A DNA stretch of 64,000 nt from Candidatus Omnitrophota bacterium (GTDB taxonomy: Bacteria; Omnitrophota; Gorgyraeia; B26-G9). A program made the position numbers and the translations under genes. The DNA lies in NCBI GenBank assembly GCA_018817165.1, contig JAHITY010000101.1, positions 278 to 64,277 on the forward strand. Direction: 5' to 3'. The first letter of the stretch is position 1, and every line of letters begins with the position of its first letter. This document shows positions 48,467 through 58,407 of this stretch, in pieces. Below the pieces are notes generated by a model, which saw nothing but the letters and a program-made list of their open reading frames with translations, had not been told where the DNA came from and ran no database searches.

Positions 48467-50176
48467 ATGTTTAAATTTTTGCCGAAAAATCTAGAGTTTA
48501 AAATAATTTTTTCTGTGGGGATTGCTTTATTTGTTGTTTTGGGGTTAAGTGCAATAATAAATATTACATCACAGACTCGAGTTTTGATTGATCAGGAAAA
48601 GATGCTTGCCGGGGCATTGAGTAATAGTATTCTTAATGGTATTTCTTATCCCATGCTTGCGGGCGATCAAGATGTTGTCCAGACTATCTTTAATTATTTT
48701 GTTGCTGAAAAACAAATAGATTTGCTTTTTTTAGCTAATAATGATGGGGAAATTAAGCGGTGCACTTCCAAGGAAAGGATTGGTCAAAAGATTGATTTCC
48801 TGGGGATTGTCAGCGAAATTGAATCTGATGATAAAACTCATAAGTTGCAAAAACTTAAAGCAAGTGATAAAAATCAAAATAAGAGAGTTTTTGCCACATA
48901 TATCCCTGTTTATAATGAGTTGGCCTGTAATTCTTGCCATGGTAAAAATGCAAAAGTTTTAGGACTGCTGGGTGTTGAGCTAGAGTGGGATAATGCAAGA
49001 AAAGCTACTGCTGAGACTGTAAAAAGAGGGATACTAATCGCATTGTTAAGTATTTTTTTAATCAGTGTTTTAGTTACTATTTTGCTGAGAAAGCTAGTTA
49101 TCAAGCCAATTAATATTTTAGTAAAAGCCAGTGAGCCTGCTGTAAGAGGTGATTTAACTCAAACAATAGAAAATAATTCTGAAGATGAAATAGGTACACT
49201 TACAGTGGCTTATAATGCAATTATTAAAAATATGCATGATATGGTAAGCCGAATTAAAGAGCTAGCATCAAAAGTTTCTAGTTTTGCCCAAGAGATTTCG
49301 ACTTCTTCTAAAGAGATGAATGCTTCTACACAGGAAATTTCTTCGACAATCCAAAAAATTGCTAAAGGGGTTACTACTCAGGCAAAACGAGTTGAAGATA
49401 CCTCGAGGCTTATGGAAAGATTATCTGATTCAGTACGTCGGGTTGCTGATAATGCGACTTCCGCGACACAGTCTTCAGAGAAGTCGCTGGAACAGGCGCA
49501 AAGCGGTGGATATGCTACTAATGAAGCTGTAGAAAAAATGAATAAAATAACAACAACCGTTTCTAATGCAGCAGCCGTAATCGCTTCATTAGGTGAAAAA
49601 TCACAGCAAATTGGTCAGATTACTGAAACAATAACAAGTATTGCTGATCAGACAAATCTGCTGGCTTTAAATGCTGCTATTGAGGCAGCGAGAGCCGGAG
49701 ACGCAGGCCGGGGGTTTGCGGTAGTTGCTGAGGAAGTTAGAAAATTAGCTGAGGGATCTGCCGAGGCAGCGCGGAGAATCGGAAGTCTTATAAAGGGAAT
49801 TCAGGTTGAGACACCGAAAGCCGTAAGCTCAATAGAAGCTGGAACAAAAGAAGTTGCTGAAGGGGCTACAATTGTATCTAAGGTTTCAGAAGCTCTTGCG
49901 GAAATTATTGGCGCGGTTAGAACATCCGCGACTATGGTAGAGGAAATTACTAAAGCTACTCAGCAGCAATTAGCTGATTCTGAAAAAATAGTTAAAGCTG
50001 TCGATGAGGTAGCTGTGGTTGCTGAGGAATCAGCCTCTGCTACTGAAGAAGCTTCAAGTTCCGCGGAAGAGCAGACTGCTTCAATGGAAGAGTTGACTGC
50101 GTCTGCTGAGGAATTAGCGCGTCTGGCTTTAGATCTCCAAGGCCTTGTGGATAAATTTCAATTAAAGAAGAAATAA
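48467..50176 (+). CDS. methyl-accepting chemotaxis protein with periplasmic sensor domain carrying a CxxCH haem-c motif
   Basis: TM1, about 150-aa periplasmic region containing ACNSCHG, TM2, HAMP, MCP signalling domain (…[30 protein letters not shown]…). Confidence 0.9.
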   Translation: MFKFLPKNLEFKIIFSVGIALFVVLGLSAIINITSQTRVLIDQEKMLAGALSNSILNGISYPMLAGDQDVVQTIFNYFVAEKQIDLLFLANNDGEIKRCTSKERIGQKIDFLGIVSEIESDDKTHKLQKLKASDKNQNKRVFATYIPVYNELACNSCHGKNAKVLGLLGVELEWDNARKATAETVKRGILIALLSIFLISVLVTILLRKLVIKPINILVKASEPAVRGDLTQTIENNSEDEIGTLTVAYNAIIKNMHDMVSRIKELASKVSSFAQEISTSSKEMNASTQEISSTIQKIAKGVTTQAKRVEDTSRLMERLSDSVRRVADNATSATQSSEKSLEQAQSGGYATNEAVEKMNKITTTVSNAAAVIASLGEKSQQIGQITETITSIADQTNLLALNAAIEAARAGDAGRGFAVVAEEVRKLAEGSAEAARRIGSLIKGIQVETPKAVSSIEAGTKEVAEGATIVSKVSEALAEIIGAVRTSATMVEEITKATQQQLADSEKIVKAVDEVAVVAEESASATEEASSSAEEQTASMEELTASAEELARLALDLQGLVDKFQLKKK

Positions 50177-50219
50177 AAAATGATCACTAATTTGTTTATT
50201 AAGTGGGGAGGCATAAGAA

Positions 50220-50723
50220 ATGTCTGAAGCAAAAAAAGGCGGCGGAGAAATTCAGCTTGTTGTATTTAAAATCGGAGAAGAAGAATTTGGAGTAGAAATT
50301 AACCAAGTTCGAGAAATTGTTAAGCTTGTTTCAATTACGCGCATGCCAAAGTCTCCGGCTTTTATTGAAGGAGTTGTTAATTTAAGAGGTCAAATCATTA
50401 CGGTTATTGACTTATCAAAAAGATTAGATTTGCCTTCTGCGGGACGCAGTGAATCTACGAGAATTATGGTTGTCGAGATTGGTGATAATATAGTGGGAAT
50501 GATCGTTGATTCTGTTTCAGAAGTGCTGAGATTATCAGAAAGTAATATAGAAGACACTCCTTCGCTTATAGAAACTGAGGTGCATGAAAGATATTTGCGC
50601 GGTGTGGGTAAAAGCGAAGATAGATTACTGATATTGCTTGATTTGAATGAGGTATTAAGTGTTGACGAAATAAAACATGTAGCAAAGCCAGAAATTTTAA
50701 AAGATGGTACAGAAAAAAAATAG
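50220..50723 (+). CDS. cheW: chemotaxis coupling protein CheW
   Basis: FGVEINQVREIV…VVNLRGQIITVIDL. Confidence 0.9.
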   Translation: MSEAKKGGGEIQLVVFKIGEEEFGVEINQVREIVKLVSITRMPKSPAFIEGVVNLRGQIITVIDLSKRLDLPSAGRSESTRIMVVEIGDNIVGMIVDSVSEVLRLSESNIEDTPSLIETEVHERYLRGVGKSEDRLLILLDLNEVLSVDEIKHVAKPEILKDGTEKK

Positions 50724-50751
50724 AGTAACTGAAAAGGAAGGAGCGTTTTAG

Positions 50752-51126
50752 ATGGGAGTTAAAGTTTTAGTTGTTGACGATGCTGTTTTTATGCGTAAGA
50801 TGATTGGAGATATTCTAAAAAAAGAAGGATATGAGGTTGTGGGTGAAGCAGAGAACGGAAAAGAGGCGGTTGCTAAATATTTAGAGCTTAAACCTGATTT
50901 GGTTACCATGGATATTGTTATGCCGAAAGTCGGAGACATAGATGGAATCGGAGCTGTTAAGGAAATAATGGAAAAAGATGACAAGGCAAAGATTCTGATG
51001 GTAAGTGCTATGGGACAGCATGCTTTAGTTGTTGAGGCGATTCAGGCAGGAGCGAAAGATTTTGTTACTAAGCCTTTTCAGCCTTCACGTGTGCTTGAAG
51101 CAGCAAAGCGTGTGCTTGAAAGCTAA
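50752..51126 (+). CDS. cheY: chemotaxis response regulator CheY
   Basis: VLVVDDAVFMRKMI…DLVTMDIVMPK…. Confidence 0.9.
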   Translation: MGVKVLVVDDAVFMRKMIGDILKKEGYEVVGEAENGKEAVAKYLELKPDLVTMDIVMPKVGDIDGIGAVKEIMEKDDKAKILMVSAMGQHALVVEAIQAGAKDFVTKPFQPSRVLEAAKRVLES

Positions 51127-51188
51127 TCACTTAAAACACCACTAATTTTTCTTAAATAATTAAATTAATTAAGTAGGGTGTTTATAAA

Positions 51189-51815
51189 TTGCTAAATAAA
51201 AAGATAGTCTTAGACGCTCATGAGAAAGATCTTCTCAAGGAAATAGCTAATATCTGTGCTGGAAACGCAGCAACCTCACTTTCTCAGTTATTGAGCAAAA
51301 AAATAGAAATGAACGTGCCGAATGTTCATTTTATACCAATATCTGAAGTTCCAAAAGCTGTAGGCGGAGCTGAGACATTGGTTGTAAGTATTGTGTTTCA
51401 AGTCTTTGGTGATGCTCCGGGAATTATTTTATTGTTGTTTTCACAGTCTGATGCAAGAACCTTAGCAGGAATTCTTAATGGGGAAGCAGTTAAAAATGGA
51501 GTTTTAACTGAGATGGATCAATCAGCTCTTAAGGAGGCTGGGAGTATCCTGGCGGCTGCTTATCTAAATACTCTTTCTGCTGTGACTAAAATAGCGCTTA
51601 TCCCCTCTACCCCTGGTATTTTGATTGATATGGCTGGGGCTCTTATTGATTACATATTAATCGAACTGAGTACTGTTACAGAATATGCATTATTGCTTGA
51701 TTCAGTATTTATTGATGCTGGAAAAAGTGTCCAAGGTCATTTCTTTTTATTGCCAAATTCAGGAAGCTTGGAATTAATTTTAAAAGCTATTGGAGAATCA
51801 GTTAATGGATCCTAA
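51189..51815 (+). CDS. cheC: CheC-family CheY-P phosphatase
   Basis: EIANICAGNAATSLSQLL… repeated CheC motif in second half (EAGSILAAAYLN). Confidence 0.8.
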   Translation: MLNKKIVLDAHEKDLLKEIANICAGNAATSLSQLLSKKIEMNVPNVHFIPISEVPKAVGGAETLVVSIVFQVFGDAPGIILLLFSQSDARTLAGILNGEAVKNGVLTEMDQSALKEAGSILAAAYLNTLSAVTKIALIPSTPGILIDMAGALIDYILIELSTVTEYALLLDSVFIDAGKSVQGHFFLLPNSGSLELILKAIGESVNGS

Positions 51816-52311
51816 GGAATATAATCCAGCCGAAGAAATTCATGTTGGTATGGCGGATATGAAAGTTGCTCAAGCTCCGATTGTGCTTACTTCTTTGGGG
51901 CTAGGTTCTTGTGTGGGGATAATTTTATATTATCCCAGAACCCAAATTGGCGGGCTTGCGCATATAATGCTTCCGGATGTTGCTTTAGTTAAGAACAGAA
52001 CTAATCGCGCAAAATTCGCGAATACAGCTATTCCAGATTTATTGGAAAAATTAGAGAAAATGGGCGCAGAAAGAAGATTTGTAAAGGCAAAAATTATGGG
52101 CGGTGCGCATATGTTTGGTTTTGCTAAAACTAATAAAGTTTTTAATGTGGGTGTTAGGAATGTTGAAAAAGTGAAAGAGGTTCTTAAAGACTTGAAAATT
52201 AGATTAGTTGCTGAAGATGTAGGGGGCTCATACGGAAGGTCTTTATATTTTTATCTTTCTACAGGTGAAGTTCGCGTCAGAACTATAAATCATGGAGAAA
52301 GAATAATATGA
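51790..52311 (+). CDS. cheD: chemoreceptor glutamine deamidase CheD
   Basis: TSLGLGSCVGIILY…GGLAHIMLP. Confidence 0.85.
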   Translation: MENQLMDPKEYNPAEEIHVGMADMKVAQAPIVLTSLGLGSCVGIILYYPRTQIGGLAHIMLPDVALVKNRTNRAKFANTAIPDLLEKLEKMGAERRFVKAKIMGGAHMFGFAKTNKVFNVGVRNVEKVKEVLKDLKIRLVAEDVGGSYGRSLYFYLSTGEVRVRTINHGERII

Positions 52312-53348
52312 TCAGAGTTCTAGTTGTTGATGATTCAGCATTAATGCGTAGAAAAATAACAGATATATTAGCATCCGATAGCCAAATTGAGGTTATTGAT
52401 ATTGCTAAAACAGGTAATGACGCGATTAAAAAAGTTGTTCACTTAAAACCAGATGTTGTTATCATGGATATTGTTATGCCTGATATCGATGGATTAACCG
52501 CGCTTACATATATAATGAATGAAGTGCCAACTCCAGTTGTAATTATTAGCGCAAATGTTGCTCCGGGAAGCGTTAATGCTTTAAAAGCGGTTGAATTAGG
52601 GGCAGTTGATACTATTCTTAAACCGAGTGGTGAAATTTCAGTGGATATCGAAACTCTTAGTAAAGAAATTATTACTAAGGTTAAAGCAGCAAGTCGGGTA
52701 GATGTAAACAGAGTGCAGAATTTTTTAAATAGAATATCACAGTATTCCAAAGCGTCCGCGCAAAAAAATTCACATTTAAGGCATATTGTCGCGATTGGCG
52801 CTTCAACTGGCGGTCCGAAAGCAATAAAAGAAATTCTGCCTTATTTATCTCCAGAAGCAGAAGCGGCTTTTTTAATTGTACAGCATATGCCAGCGGCTTT
52901 TACTAAATCAATGGCGCAGCGAATGGATTGTATTTCCCAAATTAAAGTAAAGGAAGCAGAGGATGGAGATATCGTAGAACAGGGAGTAGCCTATGTGGCT
53001 CCCGGAGATTTTCATATGGCGGTTTCGATGGAAAATAATATCCCTACGATCAGACTTAACTCTGATCCTAAAGTTCATAGTGTTAGACCCTCAGTAAGTG
53101 TTATGATGAACTCAGTAGCTGAGTGCTTTGGGAATAAAACTTTGGGAGTTTTGCTTACGGGCATGGGGCAAGATGGAGTAGAAGGTATGAGAAACATTAA
53201 AAAAGTGGGCGGTTTTACTTTAGCAGAAGATGAGTCTACTTGTGTTGTTTTTGGAATGCCGCGGGTTGCTATTCAAGAGGGCGTTGTTGACAAAGTTATT
53301 CCTCTGGGATATATGGGTATTGAAATAATGAAACACATCAGCAGATAA
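52308..53348 (+). CDS. cheB: chemotaxis methylesterase/response regulator CheB
   Basis: REC domain plus methylesterase domain (IGASTGGP…, GMGQDG). Confidence 0.9.
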   Translation: MIRVLVVDDSALMRRKITDILASDSQIEVIDIAKTGNDAIKKVVHLKPDVVIMDIVMPDIDGLTALTYIMNEVPTPVVIISANVAPGSVNALKAVELGAVDTILKPSGEISVDIETLSKEIITKVKAASRVDVNRVQNFLNRISQYSKASAQKNSHLRHIVAIGASTGGPKAIKEILPYLSPEAEAAFLIVQHMPAAFTKSMAQRMDCISQIKVKEAEDGDIVEQGVAYVAPGDFHMAVSMENNIPTIRLNSDPKVHSVRPSVSVMMNSVAECFGNKTLGVLLTGMGQDGVEGMRNIKKVGGFTLAEDESTCVVFGMPRVAIQEGVVDKVIPLGYMGIEIMKHISR

Positions 53349-53363
53349 AAAGGATTTTATTTT

Positions 53364-55376
53364 ATGGGAGTAGAGCAATATAAGGAGTTATTTGTCGCGG
53401 AATCTGAAGAACATCTGCAGATTATTAATAATTCCGTGCTGAGCCTTGAAAAAGACCCAGCAAATTTAACTATTTTAAATGAAATTTTCCGCTGCGCTCA
53501 TACCTTAAAAGGTATGTCAGCAACAATGGGATTTGAATCGTTAACGCGGCTTACCCATAAAATGGAAGATGTTTTGGATATCTTTCGCAGTCAAAAAATT
53601 CCAGTTACCTCCGAAGTAGTAGATAAGCTTTTTAGCTGCCTAGATATTCTTCAAATGTTGCTTGAGGAAATTAAAACAGGAGAAGACCTTAATTTAGATA
53701 TAGAGTCGATAATTCTGCAGCTGCAAAGCGTTACTCCTAATATTTCCTCAGCAGAGTTAGACCAAAAAATAGATGAAAAAAAAGAGCTTTTAATAACAGC
53801 ACTTGAAAAAGAACACCTTTTAAATGTTATGAAAGATAAAGACACGAGGATTTATAAAATCAATATTTCCCTTAGCCACGATTGTCAATTAAAATCTGTT
53901 CGGGCTTTTATGGTTTTTAATAAATTGAATTCAATCGGAGAAATAATTAAATCCGTACCTTCAAGCGAAGAATTAGAGTCAAACCATTTTGGCTTATCTT
54001 TTTGTTTGCTGTTGATGACGAATAGTTTGGCTAAAAAGATAGAACAAATATTATCCAAAGTAATGGAAGTTGAAAAAGCTGTTGTAACTCAAATAAGAGA
54101 TATTAATCTTATCCCGCTGGAAAAAATAAAAGAAATAAAAGTTAAAGATACTGTTCAAACAGGTTCTGCTGATATTGACTCAGCTCAGCAAAAAGATTTA
54201 GCTAAGCAATTTGGCTTTAAAAAAATTCAAAGTATCAGAGTCAGTACTCAGCGCTTGGATAAATTGATGAATTTTGTGGGAGAATTAGTTATTTCTAAAA
54301 TCCGTCTGATGCAGATAGCACAGACACATCAATTGCAGCCTTTAAATGAAATATTAACCAATATTGACCGTTTGACTGGTGATTTGCAGGATGAAGTTAT
54401 GCAGGCCAGACTTATTCCCATGGCTCAGGTATTTGACCGTTTTCCGCGGATGGTAAGGGATTTAGCGAGAAGTGAGAAAAAACAAATAAACTTTGATATT
54501 TCCGGAGGAGAAATAGAACTGGATAGAACAGTTCTTGATGAAATAGCCGATCCTTTGGTTCATCTTCTACGCAATAGCGTTGATCATGGGATAGAATTGC
54601 CTAGTGTGCGTAAAGAAAACAATAAAAACCCAGTAGGGACTATAAAATTAAGCGCGTATAGAGAAAGGACTTTTGTTTTAATTGAAGTCTCTGATGATGG
54701 AAAAGGTATAGATCCAGCCACTATGCGTGAAGTTGCTGTAAAAAAAGGATTTATGACTGAAGAGGAATTGGCAAAACTCAGTGACAGAGATATCTTGAAC
54801 CTGATAACAATGCCTGGTTTTAGTTCAACTTCAGAAATAACCGATACTTCCGGCCGTGGTGTGGGAATGGATGTTGTAAAAATGAAGATTGAGTCTCTGG
54901 GCGGTAGTTTAGTATTTGACTCTGTAGCGGGAAAAGGCAGTAATTTTAAACTAAAACTACCGTTGACAGTCGCTATAATAAGGGCAATGTTGGTGGAAAT
55001 AAACAAAGAAATATACGCGACTCCCATAGCGAGTATTGTAGAAACAGTAAAGGTTTCTAAAAAAAGAATCAAGCATATAGAAAAATTCGAAGTAATTAAT
55101 TTGCGGGATGAAGTACTTCCGCTTTTAAGATTAGAAAAGATCTTAGGTGTGCCTATTCGGGAAGCAGAAAGTTCTAGTGAAGACATTTCCATAGTAGTTG
55201 TGGATAATGCCGGGAAAAAGGCAGGATTAGTTGTGGATCGGGTGGTGGGGCAGCAAGAGGTTGTAATTAAAACGGTGGGGTCTTTATTAAAAGGAATAAA
55301 AGGATTCTCGGGGGCAACAATTTTAGGCGATGGCAGTGTGGCTTTAATTCTGGATGTTGCTACATTAGTCGGCTAG
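53364..55376 (+). CDS. cheA: chemotaxis histidine kinase CheA
   Basis: HPt (HTLKGMSATMGF), dimerisation, HATPase (DDGKGID…GRGVGMDVV) and CheW-like C-terminal domain. Confidence 0.95.
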   Translation: MGVEQYKELFVAESEEHLQIINNSVLSLEKDPANLTILNEIFRCAHTLKGMSATMGFESLTRLTHKMEDVLDIFRSQKIPVTSEVVDKLFSCLDILQMLLEEIKTGEDLNLDIESIILQLQSVTPNISSAELDQKIDEKKELLITALEKEHLLNVMKDKDTRIYKINISLSHDCQLKSVRAFMVFNKLNSIGEIIKSVPSSEELESNHFGLSFCLLLMTNSLAKKIEQILSKVMEVEKAVVTQIRDINLIPLEKIKEIKVKDTVQTGSADIDSAQQKDLAKQFGFKKIQSIRVSTQRLDKLMNFVGELVISKIRLMQIAQTHQLQPLNEILTNIDRLTGDLQDEVMQARLIPMAQVFDRFPRMVRDLARSEKKQINFDISGGEIELDRTVLDEIADPLVHLLRNSVDHGIELPSVRKENNKNPVGTIKLSAYRERTFVLIEVSDDGKGIDPATMREVAVKKGFMTEEELAKLSDRDILNLITMPGFSSTSEITDTSGRGVGMDVVKMKIESLGGSLVFDSVAGKGSNFKLKLPLTVAIIRAMLVEINKEIYATPIASIVETVKVSKKRIKHIEKFEVINLRDEVLPLLRLEKILGVPIREAESSSEDISIVVVDNAGKKAGLVVDRVVGQQEVVIKTVGSLLKGIKGFSGATILGDGSVALILDVATLVG

Positions 55377-55453
55377 ATTATAATATGCTGTATTTTTACT
55401 AGATCAAATCGGAAATTAAAAACCTGATTTATGTCTTATTGGGAGGATTTAAA

Positions 55454-56053
55454 ATGGCTGAGTTAACAAGCGTTCAACTCGATGCTTTAAAAGAGATGGG
55501 TAATATTGGAGCGGGGAACGCGGCAACTTCGCTTGCTCAGTTAATTGGTGAAATAGTTAACATTAGTGTTCCGGAAGTAAAAGTACTTCCGATTGAATCT
55601 GTTGCTGAAGCTCTGGGAGGAGCGGAAAAACAGGTTTATATTATTTATTTAGAAGTTGAGAAAGAGATGCAGGGAACAATGTTGACTATTTTTTCACAGG
55701 AGACAGCTTTTTTCTTTGTTAAAAAACTATTGGGTTCTAGTGAGATTGATATGACATCGGATATTGCTCAATCAGCGTTAAAAGAAGTTGGATCAATTCT
55801 CTGCGGATCTTATTTAAGCGCGCTTAGTCAGCTGGTTAATATGAGTTCGGTCGCAACGGTCCCGGCAATGGCTTTTGATATGTTGGGGGCGATGCTTAAT
55901 TTTGTTTTGGTGGAGATTGGGCAAATAGCGGATGAAGTTTTTTTAGTGGACACTGAGTTGGCTGTATCGCAAAAAAAACTGGAATGTTCTCAGCTTTTTT
56001 TACCCAAACCAGATACTTTAGAAAAAATACTGACTTCAATAGGAATGATGTGA
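55454..56053 (+). CDS. second CheC/CheX-family phosphatase
   Basis: LKEMGNIGAGNAATSLAQLI… and VGSILCGSYLSAL. Confidence 0.75.
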   Translation: MAELTSVQLDALKEMGNIGAGNAATSLAQLIGEIVNISVPEVKVLPIESVAEALGGAEKQVYIIYLEVEKEMQGTMLTIFSQETAFFFVKKLLGSSEIDMTSDIAQSALKEVGSILCGSYLSALSQLVNMSSVATVPAMAFDMLGAMLNFVLVEIGQIADEVFLVDTELAVSQKKLECSQLFLPKPDTLEKILTSIGMM

Positions 56054-56061
56054 GGGAGAGT

Positions 56062-58215
56062 ATGGATAATGCCAAAGAAGATCTAATTTTTGCGCTGGAT
56101 ATCGGAACTCGCAAGGTTGTGGGTATTATTGCTCAAAAACAAGATGATGTGATACATATTTTAGATGTGGAAAAAGTTGAACATCAAACTAGAACAATGC
56201 TGGATGGGCAGATTCATAATATTAATGAAGTTGCGAAAAGCGTAATAAATATAAAAGAGACATTAGAAAAAAGATCAGGATTGTCTTTATCTAAAGTAGG
56301 AGTTGCTGTAGCGGGCAGAGCGCTCAAGACAGTAAAGGCAAAAATTTCAAAAGAACTTTCTTCGAATAATGAAATTACCGAAGATCAGGTTTTAAATTTA
56401 GACTTAGAAGCGGTTAGTAGTATTTTAAAAAATGCGGATAATGAGATTGGCCACGAAGATTTTTATTGTGTAGGATACAGTGTTGTCTGTCATGAACTTG
56501 ATTCTGAGGTTATCGGTGATTTAGTCGGGCATTTTGGCAAAAGTATGGGCGTAGAGGTTATCGCAACATTTTTACCGCGAATAGTTCTCGATAGTATGTT
56601 GAGTGTTTTGCGCCGGGCAGGGCTTGAAGTCAGTAACCTTACGCTTGAGCCGATAGCAGCTTTAAACGCGATTATTCCTAAAGACATAAGACGCTTAAAT
56701 CTGGTGCTCTTAGATATTGGGGCCGGGACTTCTGATATAGCGCTTACCAAAGAGGGTAGCGTTTTTGCTTATGGCATGGTTCCTGAAGCCGGAGATGAAA
56801 TCACTGAGTTAATCTGCGAGAAGTTTATTCTTGATTTTAATACCGCGGAAAATGTAAAAAGACTGATATCTAAACAAGAAACAGTTTCATTTAAAGATAT
56901 TTTAGGCAAAGAGCATAATCTAGTATCCGCCGATATTATTGATCTGATCAAGCCGAGAATTGCCAAGCTTGCTGATTCAATCGCTAATCAAGTTCTTGAG
57001 CTTAATCAAAAAGTTCCTAATGCTATTATTTTAGTGGGAGGCGGCAGTTTGACTCCTCTGTTTGATCAGCAACTTTCTCGGGCTTTTCCGCTTGATTTAT
57101 CGAATATCGGCATACGTTTGCCGGAAATGGTTTCAAATATTATAGATAAATCCGGCAAACTAAATAGTCCTGATATGGTTACACCTTTGGGGATTTGCAT
57201 AATGACGGCTAATTCTACTGGTTTAAAATTTCTCGAAATATATGTTAATGAAAAAAGAGTTAATGTCTTAGATATGCAGCAAAGTCTAGATGTTTTGAGC
57301 GCGCTTGTAGTTGCCGGTGTTAGTAAAATGAAGTTGTATGGTAGGATAGGCAGGGCTATTTGCGTTGAAGTTAATGGCAAATTAACAGTAATAAAAGGTG
57401 AAATGGGCAGGCCTGCGGAAATTAAGCTTAATGACCAAGCTGCTGATCTTATGACAAAAATAAAAAGTGGAGATAAGATATTTTTTAAGGATGCGATTGA
57501 TGGCTTAGACGCTCAGGCAGTCATCGGTGATATTGTTCAAATCAAGCCTTTAAATATTCAATTTAACGGTAATCCTATGGAAATTATGCCCAAAGTTACG
57601 ATAAACGGAGAGCTAGCGGATCTTGCTGCTGATTTACCAGACCGAGCAGTTATTCAGGTTATGTCGAATGTTACGGCAAGGGATGTTTTAGAGTCAATGA
57701 GCATTAATCCTGAAGAATTGCAGGTAAGAGAGATAGTGGTCAGAGTGAATAAAGAACCTAAGATTATATCTCAAAGTAGTTTTTCTTTGCTTGTTAATGG
57801 GCAGAAAGTTGGATTATTTTCAAATCTCTCAGATGGCAGTGTTATTGAATTTGAGAAAGATAAACCTATATTTTATAAGATTAAGGATATTGTTCAAATG
57901 CCTGACAGTGGTGATGATGTCGAAGTTTTTTTGAACAAAGAAAAGCATGTTTTAAAAGGACCTCCAGGCAAGATTTATATGAATGGGCAACTTGTAGGCC
58001 CAGAAGAGTTTATTATTGACCGGGCAGAGATTATTACAAGCCGAGGCGGTATTTTGCCGCCAACAGTTGCGCAGATTTTAGAGCGCTTACCGATAAGTAT
58101 TGAAGACCAAAGAGGTAAACAGCTTAAAATTACGGTAAATGGAAATCCTGGAGGATTTACAACTCCCCTTTCTCATGGTGCGGATATTAGTATAGATTTT
58201 TTAGACAGGTATTAA
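56062..58215 (+). CDS. actin-fold (ASKHA; FtsA/PilM-like) ATPase with about 340-aa C-terminal tandem about 65-aa repeats; function unknown
   Basis: N-terminal ALDIGTRKVVGII…, DIGAGTSDIAL, ILVGGGSLTPL (phosphate 1, phosphate 2, adenosine motifs); C-terminal five repeats of a hydrophobic-x-VNG…DGxxI-like unit. Confidence 0.6.
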   Translation: MDNAKEDLIFALDIGTRKVVGIIAQKQDDVIHILDVEKVEHQTRTMLDGQIHNINEVAKSVINIKETLEKRSGLSLSKVGVAVAGRALKTVKAKISKELSSNNEITEDQVLNLDLEAVSSILKNADNEIGHEDFYCVGYSVVCHELDSEVIGDLVGHFGKSMGVEVIATFLPRIVLDSMLSVLRRAGLEVSNLTLEPIAALNAIIPKDIRRLNLVLLDIGAGTSDIALTKEGSVFAYGMVPEAGDEITELICEKFILDFNTAENVKRLISKQETVSFKDILGKEHNLVSADIIDLIKPRIAKLADSIANQVLELNQKVPNAIILVGGGSLTPLFDQQLSRAFPLDLSNIGIRLPEMVSNIIDKSGKLNSPDMVTPLGICIMTANSTGLKFLEIYVNEKRVNVLDMQQSLDVLSALVVAGVSKMKLYGRIGRAICVEVNGKLTVIKGEMGRPAEIKLNDQAADLMTKIKSGDKIFFKDAIDGLDAQAVIGDIVQIKPLNIQFNGNPMEIMPKVTINGELADLAADLPDRAVIQVMSNVTARDVLESMSINPEELQVREIVVRVNKEPKIISQSSFSLLVNGQKVGLFSNLSDGSVIEFEKDKPIFYKIKDIVQMPDSGDDVEVFLNKEKHVLKGPPGKIYMNGQLVGPEEFIIDRAEIITSRGGILPPTVAQILERLPISIEDQRGKQLKITVNGNPGGFTTPLSHGADISIDFLDRY

Positions 58216-58351
58216 TCTTTTTAATTTCTGCAGTTTCTTTTTTCTAATCAGAGCTTTGAAATTGAACAATATATTCATATAAGTGTTTGTTCCTCAGTGA
58301 ATTAAGTAGTAAAAAATATTCGAATAATTTAATATTTATTAAGCTTGGCTA

Positions 58352-58380
58352 TTGACGCAACTTTTTAAATGCGTTATTAT
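58352..58380 (+). promoter_or_regulatory. sigma70-like promoter TTGACG-17 nt-TATTAT upstream of topA
   Basis: hexamers read directly. Confidence 0.4.
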
Positions 58381-58407
58381 AACTGAAAATAAACAAGGGT
58401 AGAATTA

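Noticed and set aside
54584-55192. 202-aa minus-strand ORF
   Set aside because: Entirely inside cheA, which has unambiguous HPt/HATPase motifs on the + strand. The antisense translation is Ser/Thr/Phe-rich noise.
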